Source: a virus
Lineage: Duplodnaviria > Heunggongvirae > Uroviricota > Caudoviricetes
Virus record (IMG/VR): IMGVR_UViG_3300009709_000001
Span: 128,001 to 192,000 of that record
Length of the DNA: 64,000 bases
Strand: one strand, 5' to 3'
Part shown: piece by piece, positions 28,724 through 38,274 of the stretch
Layout: every line of letters begins with the position of its first letter
Position numbering within the stretch: position 1 is the first letter of the stretch
The notes under the pieces: generated by a model
Seen by the model: the letters and a program-made list of their open reading frames with translations, nothing else
Databases searched by the model: none
Told to the model about the DNA's origin: nothing
Position numbers and translations under genes: made by a program

Positions 28724-30010
28724 TTAAATGTAAGTGTCGAATACTAAATGATATCTATCCTCTGGTGACGAATTGACTGCTGTATGAAGATCAGTTGTCT
28801 TAACTCGATACAGTGCTCCTAGGTCAGTCAGTGTAAACAATTTGCCACCAACGATGAAAAAACTTCCTTCCTTGGCATGCAACGGGATATGAAAACGATA
28901 CTTATCGGGATCTCGATGGTAAGTGTAGCAAGATCTGACAGGCATTCTAAGAACTCGAACCCGTCCCATCTTCATTTTGTTCACTTCAATAATCCTTTTG
29001 ACTTCGTTGACCACTTCCTCTATGTAAGTTCCTTTGAACTGTTCATGAATCTCGTTCGATGGTTCTATGGTTTGCATCATCTGGCGCTGAGAATCTTTAC
29101 TGCCGACATAAGTCGACTTGTAATGAGAGGAATCTGTCGGTGCAACAGTCACAAAGAGTTGGTTACTCTCTAATAAATCGGAGTCGTCGACAGTTGCAAT
29201 GACACTCAGGATTCGATTATTATCAAATCGATTACCAAGTTGTACCACACCCGGTTCATCATCTTCAAATATTCTTATCTTTGAGTTAACATACTCCTCG
29301 AGTTGAAGGATATGATTCCTTGTTTCGTCGTCCAATGCCTCAAAAGCTGATTCCTTGTTCTGCAATTTTGGCATGTCGTCGCTAACATATTGGTCGAAGT
29401 TGATCGAGTCGTAGTCGATAATTTCTCCCTTGCTCTTATCGAGAGTATGCCAAACTAAAATTCGATAAGCAATGTTATCAAGAACTCGCTTATCGACATT
29501 TATATTCTTAATCGGAACATAATCTTCTGTGAAACTGATAAACTGTTTGGTTGCAAACGAGATACCGTAACTTGAGAGTTGGTCCTTGATACTCTTACGG
29601 TGTAGATAAATATTCCTATCGGCTAGTTTGCAAAGTTCTTTGTAGATATCTTCATTAATGGGCGAGACATGATTCGATAATATCATAACATGACCTTTGT
29701 TAACCTTTCGGACTAGACTGATACGATGCATCTCTTCGTCAATTGGAGAGCGTGTCCTCTCTTCGTAGACTCTTGTCTCGATTAATCCATCATTCGTATC
29801 TAGACTGTATTCATTATAGAAACAACCAGGACCGTAATCTTTCAGGAAATAAATCTTGCCACCTTCATCCTTGTAGTAGTAGGTGTAGATATTTTTATTG
29901 AACAACTCACTGATGGAGTATGCTCGTGTGATGTTTTCGTGATCCTTGACAAGTTTTCTTGCATACCAGTTGCTACCTGTTCTAGGAGTGCTCCAAAGAT
30001 TTATCAACAT
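28724..30010 (-). CDS. sulfotransferase-like domain fused to an Asp/Asn beta-hydroxylase-like oxygenase domain
   Basis: STPRTGSNW at N-terminus; YHRD...HTAVN...RYHLV at C-terminus. Confidence 0.65.
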   Translation of the reverse strand: MLINLWSTPRTGSNWYARKLVKDHENITRAYSISELFNKNIYTYYYKDEGGKIYFLKDYGPGCFYNEYSLDTNDGLIETRVYEERTRSPIDEEMHRISLVRKVNKGHVMILSNHVSPINEDIYKELCKLADRNIYLHRKSIKDQLSSYGISFATKQFISFTEDYVPIKNINVDKRVLDNIAYRILVWHTLDKSKGEIIDYDSINFDQYVSDDMPKLQNKESAFEALDDETRNHILQLEEYVNSKIRIFEDDEPGVVQLGNRFDNNRILSVIATVDDSDLLESNQLFVTVAPTDSSHYKSTYVGSKDSQRQMMQTIEPSNEIHEQFKGTYIEEVVNEVKRIIEVNKMKMGRVRVLRMPVRSCYTYHRDPDKYRFHIPLHAKEGSFFIVGGKLFTLTDLGALYRVKTTDLHTAVNSSPEDRYHLVFDTYI

Positions 30011-30085
30011 GCTTCATCCCATACGTCTGTCGCAATATTTATATCACCCAAAGGTGGTAAATAGTAAAACACCGAAAGAGATTCT

Positions 30086-30370
30086 ATGCAAGTCAAATAC
30101 ACTATCGTCAGACCAAACACAATTATCCCGTTCACTGACCCAACGCTTCCTGGTTTTGAGGATTATCTTGAAGCTATTGCCACTGCTGGGTTCGAACATC
30201 ACGAAACTATGACAATGGATAGTCTAACACTTGTCTCTGTCTATACCTTGTCACCAGACGAGTTCGTGGCCTATAACGAGTTACTTGAACAATTCAAGGA
30301 TGTCCGTGCTGCCGATCGTAAACGAAGAGAAAGCCTTGGCATCACTGCTGTCAAAGAAATTATCGAATAA
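30086..30370 (+). CDS. hypothetical protein
   Basis: ORF with TAAATA upstream and a terminator downstream. Confidence 0.6.
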   Translation: MQVKYTIVRPNTIIPFTDPTLPGFEDYLEAIATAGFEHHETMTMDSLTLVSVYTLSPDEFVAYNELLEQFKDVRAADRKRRESLGITAVKEIIE

Positions 30371-30382
30371 ATTTCCGGCCAT

Positions 30383-30418
30383 AAAAAAAGCTCCTAGCCA
30401 TTGAGACTAGGAGCTTTT
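30383..30418. terminator. bidirectional intrinsic terminator
   Basis: AAAAAAAGCTCCTAG...CTAGGAGCTTTT. Confidence 0.75.
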
Positions 30419-30431
30419 CCTTTTATTAAAT

Positions 30432-30524
30432 CAGAATTCTTGTATCAGCGTCGCAGCCGAAGCCTAACACCGACAGGGATCGAACCTGCTATATCCAAAG
30501 GATGTTGCTGGAAGAATTCTTTAG
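30432..30524 (-). ncRNA. CAGCAA-scaffold RNA carrying T arm plus loop-closed acceptor stem
   Basis: TAAAGAATTCTTCCAGCAA...GCAGG-TTCGATC-CCTGT CGGTGTT..TTCG..GACGCTG...AAGAATTCTG. Confidence 0.7.
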
Positions 30525-30533
30525 AAAATAAAT

Positions 30534-30863
30534 TAACTGTCCTGTAAGCGGAGTTCTGTGCCCTTGCGGGTGACAATCATTCATCTACAGTTACCTGTCC
30601 TCCCCGGCTTCGCTTCCGGATCATAGGTGCCACAACCCGTTCCCTCGGCGAGCAGCGTCAGCGAGAACTGTTTGTGTTGCTGCGGAGTCGTTGTGGTGCG
30701 AACGTGGTATGAACGTATAGTCTAGGGTGACACGCACCTGGGACCATTATATCCTTTTTCTTAAGGCGCTCTATAGCGTATACCACTCCCACAGAGCGAC
30801 AAGCCCTGCTCTGTGCAGCCCCGACTTTCCTCTAGCTTGCGCCAGCGATTGTCCGGACAATTA
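30534..30863 (-). ncRNA. rnpB: RNase P RNA
   Basis: GAGGAAAGTCGGGGC near the 5' end; TAGATGAATGATTGTC and ACAGAACTCCGCTTA near the 3' end; terminal P1 pairing. Confidence 0.9.
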
Positions 30864-30867
30864 AACC

Positions 30868-30944
30868 TGGTACCCCGAGTCGGATTCGAACCGACAACCA
30901 ACGGATTTTAAATCCATCCGCACTACCGATTAGCGTATAGGGGC
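30868..30944 (-). tRNA. tRNA-Leu(TAA), short variable loop
   Basis: Loop TTTAAAA, CCA. Confidence 0.8.
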
Positions 30945-31091
30945 TTCGTCTTTGTTATCGTCTTCCCTCATATCAGGATGAGTCGGCTCGTCTTTCTTCT
31001 TACCGAAAATCTTTTCCCAACCTTCTCGGTACTTATCATTATTGGATTTCGATTTTAATTCGTCACCCGTTACATCATTTCTGCTTGTCAT
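30930..31091 (-). CDS. small phage protein; stop inside tRNA-Leu
   Basis: MTSRNDVTGDELKSKSNNDKYREGWEKIFGKKK...EAPIR*. Confidence 0.55.
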   Translation of the reverse strand: MTSRNDVTGDELKSKSNNDKYREGWEKIFGKKKDEPTHPDMREDDNKDEAPIR

Positions 31092-31303
31092 AGTTCTAAA
31101 TTAGATCGATATGCTATCAACTTAACCCCTCTAATAAGTGCCCTAGGATAGTTGGCGTGGGACGAGAAGAGAGTCAATATGTCGAGTGACTCTATACATT
31201 TCCTGTTGATACACGGTTTCGTTTGACGGCGACTACTAAAACTTCGTCTCGAACATATCGAATGTCAAATTTCAATACCATCATCTAAGATGATACAGAA
31301 TAG

Positions 31304-31395
31304 TGGAGGCCAGGGATGGATTCGAACCACCGATGAATACTAAGTAGATAATTGCTTTGCAGGCAAGTGCCTTCGACCGCTTGGACTACCTGGCC
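31304..31395 (-). tRNA. tRNA-Cys(GCA) with long variable region
   Basis: Loop CTGCAAA, U73. Confidence 0.8.
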
Positions 31396-31457
31396 AATGT
31401 TAAAACGGCGTAGCAATCAACCGCGTCAGGAGCTACGATATACGCCATATATTAAAT

Positions 31458-31529
31458 CAGAATGCGTTTCTTTATGGTCAAATTGGAAGTTTGATTTTCT
31501 TGATTATTTTTGCTGAATACATTCTTTAG
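31458..31529 (-). ncRNA. CAGCAA-scaffold RNA displaying a Gly(TCC) anticodon stem-loop
   Basis: TAAAGAATGTATTCAGCAA...TCAAA-CTTCCAA-TTTGA...CGCATTCTG. Confidence 0.7.
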
Positions 31530-31535
31530 AAACTC

Positions 31536-31621
31536 TGGTGGGCATGGAAGGATTCGAACCTACTCACCCCGAGGGAACGGATTTACAGTCCGCCGCCGTT
31601 CACCGACTCGACAGCATGCCC
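31536..31621 (-). tRNA. tRNA-Tyr(GTA)
   Basis: Loop CTGTAAA, long variable arm. Confidence 0.9.
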
Positions 31622-31942
31622 AGTGTTCAATATTTATAGACTTTTGCTTTCACCCCTGCGAGCTTTGCGACAGTGGCTGCTTCCTTGCATTTCTTGGCCT
31701 TGCAGTAATATTCGTACTTGTCAAGATCAAGGACAGAAAAAAGATATGTTCTGCAGTTACGGCAATGGATATCAACTGTTCTACTAGTCATCGTTTTCTT
31801 CTAGTTGTTCTAACTTTTCTGCAGCCCACTTGGCACCTGCCACAAAAATACTTTTCAATGTCTCATAATCGACATCATATACTTCCATGGAAACGTATAA
31901 GGCTGCTGCGGTGTCTAACTCTTCTTCGTCCATGATGTCTCC

Positions 31943-32017
31943 TGGTAGGAGCACGGGGAATCGAACCCTCGACCATCTGGGTAAAAGCCAGAGACGCTAC
32001 CACTACGTCATACTCCC
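31943..32017 (-). tRNA. tRNA-Lys(TTT)
   Basis: Loop CTTTTAC. Confidence 0.9.
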
Positions 32018-32142
32018 GGTGTTTGTTGAAAATATACGAAACTTTACCTTAGGCTGGTTAGTGCCTAATTATCACTGTGCGACCAGCATCATTAACCAAA
32101 TGACGAGGTACGTTTGTGCGTCGGATGTATATTTTCGAACTC

Positions 32143-32217
32143 TGGTGGGGGCACAGGGATTCGAACCCTGGACCATCGGATTAAAAGTCCGGTGCTCTAC
32201 CACTGAGCTATACCCCC
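32143..32217 (-). tRNA. tRNA-Lys(TTT)
   Basis: Loop CTTTTAA. Confidence 0.9.
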
Positions 32218-32223
32218 GAATTT

Positions 32224-32502
32224 TTACAGCTTGGAAAGACCTAAAGCAATCTTATCAGCTTCAGTCAATTTCGCAAGTGCTGCTTCTTTTGCATTCTCGG
32301 TGCAAAGAGCTTTGTATTCGTCGAATGAATCGACAATTACATATTGCAGAGAAATTTCTCTTGCATATCGCGGCCAGCTTCTCGACTCTGCTACGATTGC
32401 ATCAGCAACGGTTTTGGAACCTGCATATGCAACGTGTTCGTCGTGCATGCCGCCACCATCAGGTGCGGAAACTTCCCAGCACTTAATTTCGATTTTTCGC
32501 AT
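32224..32502 (-). CDS. hypothetical protein
   Basis: ORF from MRKIE. Confidence 0.55.
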   Translation of the reverse strand: MRKIEIKCWEVSAPDGGGMHDEHVAYAGSKTVADAIVAESRSWPRYAREISLQYVIVDSFDEYKALCTENAKEAALAKLTEADKIALGLSKL

Positions 32503-32713
32503 TTTGACGTTTCTCCAACGTATCATTTAAATCCTTGACTCCACCAGCCTGTGAACCTTCTAACCAGTGCACCAAGTTGGGAATCAAATACGATGTCAGC
32601 TTCCTGTTCAGATCGCTATCGCCTTCGGCTTCGAACACTTCTGCTTGCAAGGCCTTGGCTTGCTGCAGGGCGAGAAACAGATTATTACTAATACGGTCTA
32701 CTTTTTCTTGCAT
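32483..32713 (-). CDS. hypothetical protein
   Basis: ORF from MQEKV. Confidence 0.55.
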   Translation of the reverse strand: MQEKVDRISNNLFLALQQAKALQAEVFEAEGDSDLNRKLTSYLIPNLVHWLEGSQAGGVKDLNDTLEKRQNAKNRN

Positions 32714-32811
32714 TTTAATCTTTCGGTAAAACCATATCAAAACATACCAAATATATAAACTAGGCTTCGGGAATCCATCACCGTAGCATATAAGATACGT
32801 TTTGATATAGT

Positions 32812-33645
32812 GGATGGCTGAGATTACACCATTACCTATCAACGCTCCGAGCATTATCAGCAAACCTTGCGAGTAAGCCTTCTCTCGACATCCACTATAG
32901 CCCTTTCGGTACTATAGTCCGTTGACAGCATCGCCGTTTTAAGTCAGGCAGTAGACTTGACATCATATGCTATTCTACGCTTTCTATCCCACTAGCCTTG
33001 CGAGCTATTCATCTCCGCTAAGAGATTATGAAACTTCTTGCATAAACAGATTTCACCGTGCGAGCTACGTCCGACATGGTTAGCCTGCGCCCCATGTATT
33101 AGATGCTTTTCACATATGACCGAAGTAGTCTTTGCGTTTTTATTTGATTAAACCTATCAAGTTTGCTAATCTACTGTGATGTGCTACTTCCGTTGCTGAA
33201 TAACCTTTTGGGCTACCCAATACAACACACCACGTACCTTTTGCCTGCCGGCTACTCAGTGGTCTTTCTCGATTAATGTCATTAACTGCCAAAAACCGAT
33301 CATACTGCATACAAGCCCTAGAATGCGAGTCTCGGACAAATACACTACCCTTTCTCATACCAATTAACAAGTTTGGTATGTAGTGAAGATGGTACCACCC
33401 ACCTTTTCATCGACACGAGTTCCCCTTACGGGCTCGGCTGCCAACATTCTTTCCACTACACTTGCGTCCTTGCTACTTCACCCGGTGTTACCTCAGATAA
33501 AGCTCCCTTTCGGGAGTGAGCAGGCTTGCTTAAACGGACTATCTCTAGCGATGGTATGTAGACATTCCATCTTTGGGCGTCTCACGACGCTTACCCTTCT
33601 GATAGGCTGGGCGAACCATACCTATCAAGGAAATTAAGCTTCCCT
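32812..33645 (-). ncRNA. GOLLD-like giant ornate RNA
   Basis: About 830 nt without a credible ORF, many tetraloop hairpins, blocks GGTGTGTTGTATT and GCAAAGACTACTTCGGTC, 3' end TAATCTCAGCC; recognised from memory, ends approximate. Confidence 0.6.
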
Positions 33646-33705
33646 GAATCCTTTACATTGCCAAAAACACCTAGTGCGCTTGGCAATGTAAAGCAAATTT
33701 ACCTT

Positions 33706-33776
33706 ACATTTTTAAAGAACGTTTGTTGTTATTAACAACATGCCTCTAGTTTAACTGTTTGTTAGCGGCATGTCAA
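33706..33776 (-). promoter_or_regulatory. sigma70 promoter followed by a boxB-like hairpin and a boxA-like element
   Basis: TTGACA-17-TAAACT; TGTTGTT-AAT-AACAACA; CGTTCTTTAAAAA. Confidence 0.65.
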
Positions 33777-33782
33777 CAATTT

Positions 33783-34715
33783 TTAGTTTGGCTTTGATAT
33801 CCAGGCAGCATCGTGGCTAACCTTAGTATCATAGACCGAAAACTCAACAATCTTCTTCTCAAGTTCAAAACCAGCTGAGGCTAAGTCTTGAATAAAACTA
33901 TCGACTGTTGCGTCAAACTCGTCATACAGACCACTGTACCAACGAAGTGTCATCATCTGAACGAAGTTATCCTTGTCCAATACCTTGAACACATTCTTCG
34001 ACATATGTGCACCGTGAATTTCTGCGAGTTCATTTAAATCACTACGCCTTGCTTCCGATGTACGGACTGCAACGTGCGATTCGAAATAACAATCTTGCGG
34101 CATTAGGTCACCTTTTATCGATGGTGCTGCCGGATGCCATGGCACTGTTTCAATTTTTACTCTCACCACCTCAAACAGGTTTGCGGTAAGAAAGTTTTTA
34201 ATCCTCTGTGATTCTTCGTATGCCGAAGAATTATCGCCAAGATGAACAGACGATGTCATAACATCCTGCATCACGTTCTTGGACTGCAAATCTTGGAGAT
34301 CAAGTACAATCGGTTTAACACCGATGTGTTCACATGCATCACGGAAATCATTAATGTCATTTGTTTTCACTGTGACATGAATTTCATATGGAACAGGCTT
34401 ACCCTTTGTCTTTTCTTCCTTAGTTAGAATCTTATTCCACTTCAGAAGTTTTTCCTTGAACATTGCTTCCACTTCTTCATCAGTGAATCCCATGTGATAC
34501 GCAATCGAATAAGATACTAGAAGTGTGTCAATGACTTCTTCGAGCACTTGCTTCTTTTCGACAAAGCGGTGTCTTGTAGAACTTACATTCTCGTAAGGTG
34601 CGACAACTTTTGCAAGTTCGCCACCTTCCTCAAATAGCTTCATGACACGTTCACTAACCGTCTTTGTATCAAGGCCGGTTAGTAACTTAATATGCTCGAG
34701 TGTTGATTTTTCCAT
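33783..34715 (-). CDS. MazG-like N-terminal domain fused to an uncharacterised domain
   Basis: KLFEEGGELAK...LEEVID; YEIHVTV and YFESHV. Confidence 0.6.
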   Translation of the reverse strand: MEKSTLEHIKLLTGLDTKTVSERVMKLFEEGGELAKVVAPYENVSSTRHRFVEKKQVLEEVIDTLLVSYSIAYHMGFTDEEVEAMFKEKLLKWNKILTKEEKTKGKPVPYEIHVTVKTNDINDFRDACEHIGVKPIVLDLQDLQSKNVMQDVMTSSVHLGDNSSAYEESQRIKNFLTANLFEVVRVKIETVPWHPAAPSIKGDLMPQDCYFESHVAVRTSEARRSDLNELAEIHGAHMSKNVFKVLDKDNFVQMMTLRWYSGLYDEFDATVDSFIQDLASAGFELEKKIVEFSVYDTKVSHDAAWISKPN

Positions 34716-35074
34716 TAGGGTGAAAAGCCTTTATTTTTATTCTTCACTTTATTGTCGATATCCCATTTAATGGCTGCTCCGCTAGCGAATTTTTCACCTT
34801 TGCGAAATCTTGCACCATTAACGATAAACTCTTTCAACACTGAATCACCATTCCACCAGCCACGCTGAATATGGATATATCCTTCGGCGCCAAGTTTCTC
34901 TCTCAATGCTTTGAATTCGGGATGATCATCTGATGATATCGATGACCAATAACCCTTACCTTGTAAGACCTTGACGAGATCTTCCTCGGTTGGATTTTCC
35001 TTATCCGTGTAGCAATTCCCGGACTTACGAATAGTCACGCTTGTTAGGGATTCTGGGTTTATGGTAAAGTTCAT
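34715..35074 (-). CDS. hypothetical protein
   Basis: ORF. Confidence 0.6.
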   Translation of the reverse strand: MNFTINPESLTSVTIRKSGNCYTDKENPTEEDLVKVLQGKGYWSSISSDDHPEFKALREKLGAEGYIHIQRGWWNGDSVLKEFIVNGARFRKGEKFASGAAIKWDIDNKVKNKNKGFSP

Positions 35075-35078
35075 AATA

Positions 35079-35168
35079 TGGCGGATAGTATAGGATTTGA
35101 ACCTATGTGCCCCGAAGGACCCACTCCTTAGCAGGGAGGGACGATTAGCCGGACTCTGTCAACTATCC
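35079..35168 (-). tRNA. tRNA-Ser(GCT)
   Basis: Loop CTGCTAA, long variable arm, G73. Confidence 0.9.
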
Positions 35169-35247
35169 ATGAATTTAGCGGCAATAGGAAGCTAGGGTTC
35201 GCTTTCGGGAATCACCTAACTTGTTCCCCTATTGCCGGGCCCAACAA

Positions 35248-35568
35248 TTATACTTTGTCAGGGTATTGACTGTCAATAAAGTCAATTGCAAGATGTGGAC
35301 TTGTACCTACATCGAGCATCTTGATGTTCTTGAAGCCATTTTCTTCTGTAATGAGTGATTCGTCCGCGCGAATACCACCCTTATACTTGCCGTCACCTTT
35401 CTTGTGCATCAGATTACCTGTTGCGGGATCAATAGAACCCCATTTAGGTGTATGTGCACCTTCGATCGGTTCGACAAAATATGTCTTGCCGGTACGTTGA
35501 GAATATACGATGAAACGACCTGTCTCGTCTGTGTTCGTTAAGAACTTACTGCGAATGTCATTGCTCAT
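35248..35568 (-). CDS. hypothetical protein
   Basis: ORF. Confidence 0.65.
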   Translation of the reverse strand: MSNDIRSKFLTNTDETGRFIVYSQRTGKTYFVEPIEGAHTPKWGSIDPATGNLMHKKGDGKYKGGIRADESLITEENGFKNIKMLDVGTSPHLAIDFIDSQYPDKV

Positions 35569-35594
35569 ATAGCCCCCATGGTTAAAATGTTGTT

Positions 35595-35671
35595 TGGCAA
35601 GCCGTTGGGGACTCGAACCCCAGCCCTTCTGACTCAGAATCAGACCACACTGCCCCTTATGCTACCGGCCA
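35595..35671 (-). tRNA. tRNA-Gln(CTG)
   Basis: Loop TTCTGAG, GCCA. Confidence 0.85.
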
Positions 35672-35675
35672 CTTG

Positions 35676-36098
35676 TTAATTTAATTTCTGAGATTTCACG
35701 ATACGACGCATTTCATTCTCAATATCGCGTTTCTTCTCAGATTCTCTCTTATCGTATTCCTTCTTACCCTTTGCAAGTCCAATCTTCAATTTGAACTTAC
35801 CACGCAATGGATAAATCTTCAACGGTATAAGAGTTAGTCCGCGTTCTTGAGTTCTACCCATAACGCGGTTAATTTCTTTCTTGTTCAAAAGCAGTTTTCG
35901 TGTGCGAAGTTGATCATTATCAGCACTTCCCATCGAAGCACCGACTAGATATACTTCACCGTTACGGATGACACAATGTGTGCCGGCAATCGAACACACG
36001 TCCGATGCAATGGCCTTTGCTTCCCATCCTTGCAAAACCATTCCGCTCTCAAATTCTTCAAGAATTTCGTAATCGTGATAAGCTTTCTTATTTTGCAT
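35676..36098 (-). CDS. smpB: SsrA-binding protein SmpB
   Basis: NKKAYHDY, ESGMVLQGWEAK, RTRKLLL and GLAKGKKEYDKR. Confidence 0.95.
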   Translation of the reverse strand: MQNKKAYHDYEILEEFESGMVLQGWEAKAIASDVCSIAGTHCVIRNGEVYLVGASMGSADNDQLRTRKLLLNKKEINRVMGRTQERGLTLIPLKIYPLRGKFKLKIGLAKGKKEYDKRESEKKRDIENEMRRIVKSQKLN

Positions 36099-36116
36099 TT
36101 CAAAACTCGCTATGTT

Positions 36117-36191
36117 TGGCAAGGGTGGTGAGAATCGAACTCACTAACCGTGGGTCAAAGCCACGTATGCATACCATTGCATATCACCCCA
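36117..36191 (-). tRNA. tRNA-Gln(TTG)
   Basis: Loop CTTTGAC. Confidence 0.85.
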
Positions 36192-36319
36192 ATTGTAGAT
36201 CTAAACGTATGGCGATCCCCGTGTCACAGGCCGATGCTTTCGCATCGGCCCGGAAGGATTGATTACCTTCATCAGTTCTTACAAACAGAGTTGACGACTC
36301 TCTTCGTACATGCTTATTC

Positions 36320-36394
36320 TGGACCCCCTGCAAGGAATCAAACCTTGACCTGAACGTTCGTAGCGTTCTGTTCTATTCATTGAACTACAGGGAG
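36320..36394 (-). tRNA. tRNA-Arg(ACG)
   Basis: Loop CTACGAA. Confidence 0.85.
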
Positions 36395-36843
36395 TTATTC
36401 TTAATCAATATTTTGGATTTTTCTACCATCTCATCTGTGATTGCAATTTTACCGCCATGAATTTTTCTATGACAATTAGAGCAAACCACAATACATTTTT
36501 CAACTTCTTTTAGAATAGTATCTAACGGATATTTTGCAATCATCCCCGAAATATCATATTCTTTACTTTCCGGTTCAAGATGATGAAATTCAATACACTT
36601 TATGTAATCCTCGCCACATACTATGCATGATAGTGTCGATTTCCATCTTAACGCCGATTCTTTATAATTGCGATTTCTTTCACCGACTGCACTAACAATT
36701 TTTTCTCTGTGTAAGCGATAAGAATTTTTAGATGTCTCTCGCCTACAATCATTGCATTGTCCGTGCAGTTGATTTTTAGACCTAGATCTCCATGCATATT
36801 GGTCTAGGTCTTTAGTACACCTACATTTCGAACATACTTTCAT
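36385..36843 (-). CDS. HNH endonuclease; stop inside tRNA-Arg
   Basis: CIVCG...EFHH...KCIVVCSNCHRKIH. Confidence 0.8.
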   Translation of the reverse strand: MKVCSKCRCTKDLDQYAWRSRSKNQLHGQCNDCRRETSKNSYRLHREKIVSAVGERNRNYKESALRWKSTLSCIVCGEDYIKCIEFHHLEPESKEYDISGMIAKYPLDTILKEVEKCIVVCSNCHRKIHGGKIAITDEMVEKSKILIKNNSL

Positions 36844-36893
36844 ATTTATTCCTGCTACGAAGTATATTATATTCGTAGCAAAAATACAGTATT

Positions 36894-36969
36894 TGGTGGA
36901 GCATAGTGGAGTCGAACCACTCTAACCTACCTTATGAGAGTAGTGCATCAGCCGCTCTGCCAATGCTCC
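36894..36969 (-). tRNA. tRNA-Met or Ile2 (CAT)
   Basis: Loop CTCATAA. Confidence 0.85.
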
Positions 36970-36987
36970 ATAAATTTTATTCTGATG

Positions 36988-37479
36988 CTAGATTAAACCT
37001 TGCACCTTAGAAAAGTCCGGAATAAACCAATCCGGCATATCTCTATTTTTCCATCCAGCAATATGTTGCTTATGGACGTTGTAATAATTTCTGTAAGATT
37101 GAATGGGATCATCAACCTTAACATCATCAGGCATTGCCAGGCGGAATGGAGTAATACCCTTGCTTTCAATATTCGGATAAGGTAGATTACGAATCACATC
37201 GTAAGCTTTATGATTTACCGAATGCTCATACCTATACATCCATTCGTAATTGAGCGCTTCAGCAAGATCTCTCAACCAAAGCCAATTATCGAGTGACTCA
37301 CGTATCCAAATTGCACTTGGACGATTAACGTGTGTCAGTTTATAGCCTGCATCAATGCCACTAACTCGAACTGCACTACTCAATAGTTGTGCATATTCGG
37401 TAACCATCTTAACCACATGGCGATCAACGTGATATTTAGCGTTGGTCTCGTGATCAGAATCGAGATAAAAAATGTTCAT
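36988..37479 (-). CDS. pyrimidine-dimer DNA glycosylase (DenV-like family)
   Basis: MNIFYLD...DRHVVKM..EYAQLLS...LAMPD...YRNYY. Confidence 0.7.
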   Translation of the reverse strand: MNIFYLDSDHETNAKYHVDRHVVKMVTEYAQLLSSAVRVSGIDAGYKLTHVNRPSAIWIRESLDNWLWLRDLAEALNYEWMYRYEHSVNHKAYDVIRNLPYPNIESKGITPFRLAMPDDVKVDDPIQSYRNYYNVHKQHIAGWKNRDMPDWFIPDFSKVQGLI

Positions 37480-37622
37480 GTGCAATTATAACTTACAGAC
37501 TATTTTTTTGCAATTGAATTTGATTGTACCGCCCTAATGCAATATACCGAAGTAGTAACATATACGTTGACCATAACCTACGGCAGTATCTTAGTTATGA
37601 TGCACTATTTGCAATCGAAACT

Positions 37623-37696
37623 TGGTGCGGGCTAAGGGAATCGAACCCTTGATCTCTCGTTGGCAACGAAAAGTTTTACCATTAAACTAAGCACGC
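37623..37696 (-). tRNA. tRNA-Gly(GCC)
   Basis: Loop TTGCCAA. Confidence 0.85.
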
Positions 37697-37795
37697 GAAT
37701 ATGAATTAAGATAGTTGAAATAGCAAGGACGGAATCGAACCGCAACTACACCATGGCTTGATTATACCCGCTTCAATCAGGCGCTATCTTAAACT

Positions 37796-37886
37796 TGGCG
37801 GAAGTGGACGGATTCGAACCCTCTAACCCATTTCTGAATCAAACAGTTTTCAAGACTGTGCCGCTCTCCTAGACGGTAGCACTTCC
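37796..37886 (-). tRNA. tRNA-Ser(TGA)
   Basis: Loop CTTGAAA, long variable arm, G73. Confidence 0.85.
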
Positions 37887-37891
37887 ATATT

Positions 37892-37970
37892 TGGTGCCCG
37901 GATAGAGAATCGAACTCTACACTTTTCCACTTGTAAGGAGGATGGCTTCACCAGCTGCAACTCTCCGGGC
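37892..37970 (-). tRNA. tRNA-Val(TAC), atypical D arm
   Basis: Loop CTTACAA, CCA. Confidence 0.7.
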
Positions 37971-38082
37971 AATAATTCTATCTCACCTCATGTGGGCCCC
38001 GATCCGACGACCCCTATCCTATCGAATAGTGCTCTACCTCTGAGCTAATGTGATGATTTTATGAAACTTTCGTTTCAGTGAT

Positions 38083-38189
38083 TGGTGGAATCTACGGGGT
38101 TCGAACCCGCCACAGGCGCCGCCTGCTACTCCAGATACTCAGTTCAATATGAAATTGTGCACCCAGGATTGAACTTTTCAACAGATCCC
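38083..38189 (-). ncRNA. tRNA-like RNA with Ala-type acceptor and non-cloverleaf core
   Basis: GGGATCT/AGATTCC-ACCA (G3:U70) and T arm GCGGG-TTCGAAC-CCCGT. Confidence 0.55.
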
Positions 38190-38195
38190 ATAATA

Positions 38196-38270
38196 TGGTG
38201 GACCGCTCAGGTCGCGAACCTGATGTAAGACTGACCGTGACGTTTTAAGCCACATAGCATTTAGCAGCCC
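38196..38270 (-). ncRNA. D-arm-less tRNA-like RNA with Ala-type acceptor
   Basis: GGGCTGC/GCGGTCC-ACCA (G3:U70), GTGGC-TTAAAAC-GTCAC, T arm. Confidence 0.55.
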
Positions 38271-38274
38271 GAAT

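Noticed and set aside
35178-35240. SRP (4.5S) RNA
   Set aside because: It is a long hairpin but lacks the domain IV CAGG/GNAA/AGCA signature.
37980-38056. Functional tRNA (also 16311-16383)
   Set aside because: T arm and acceptor are degenerate and there is no CCA; treated as relics.
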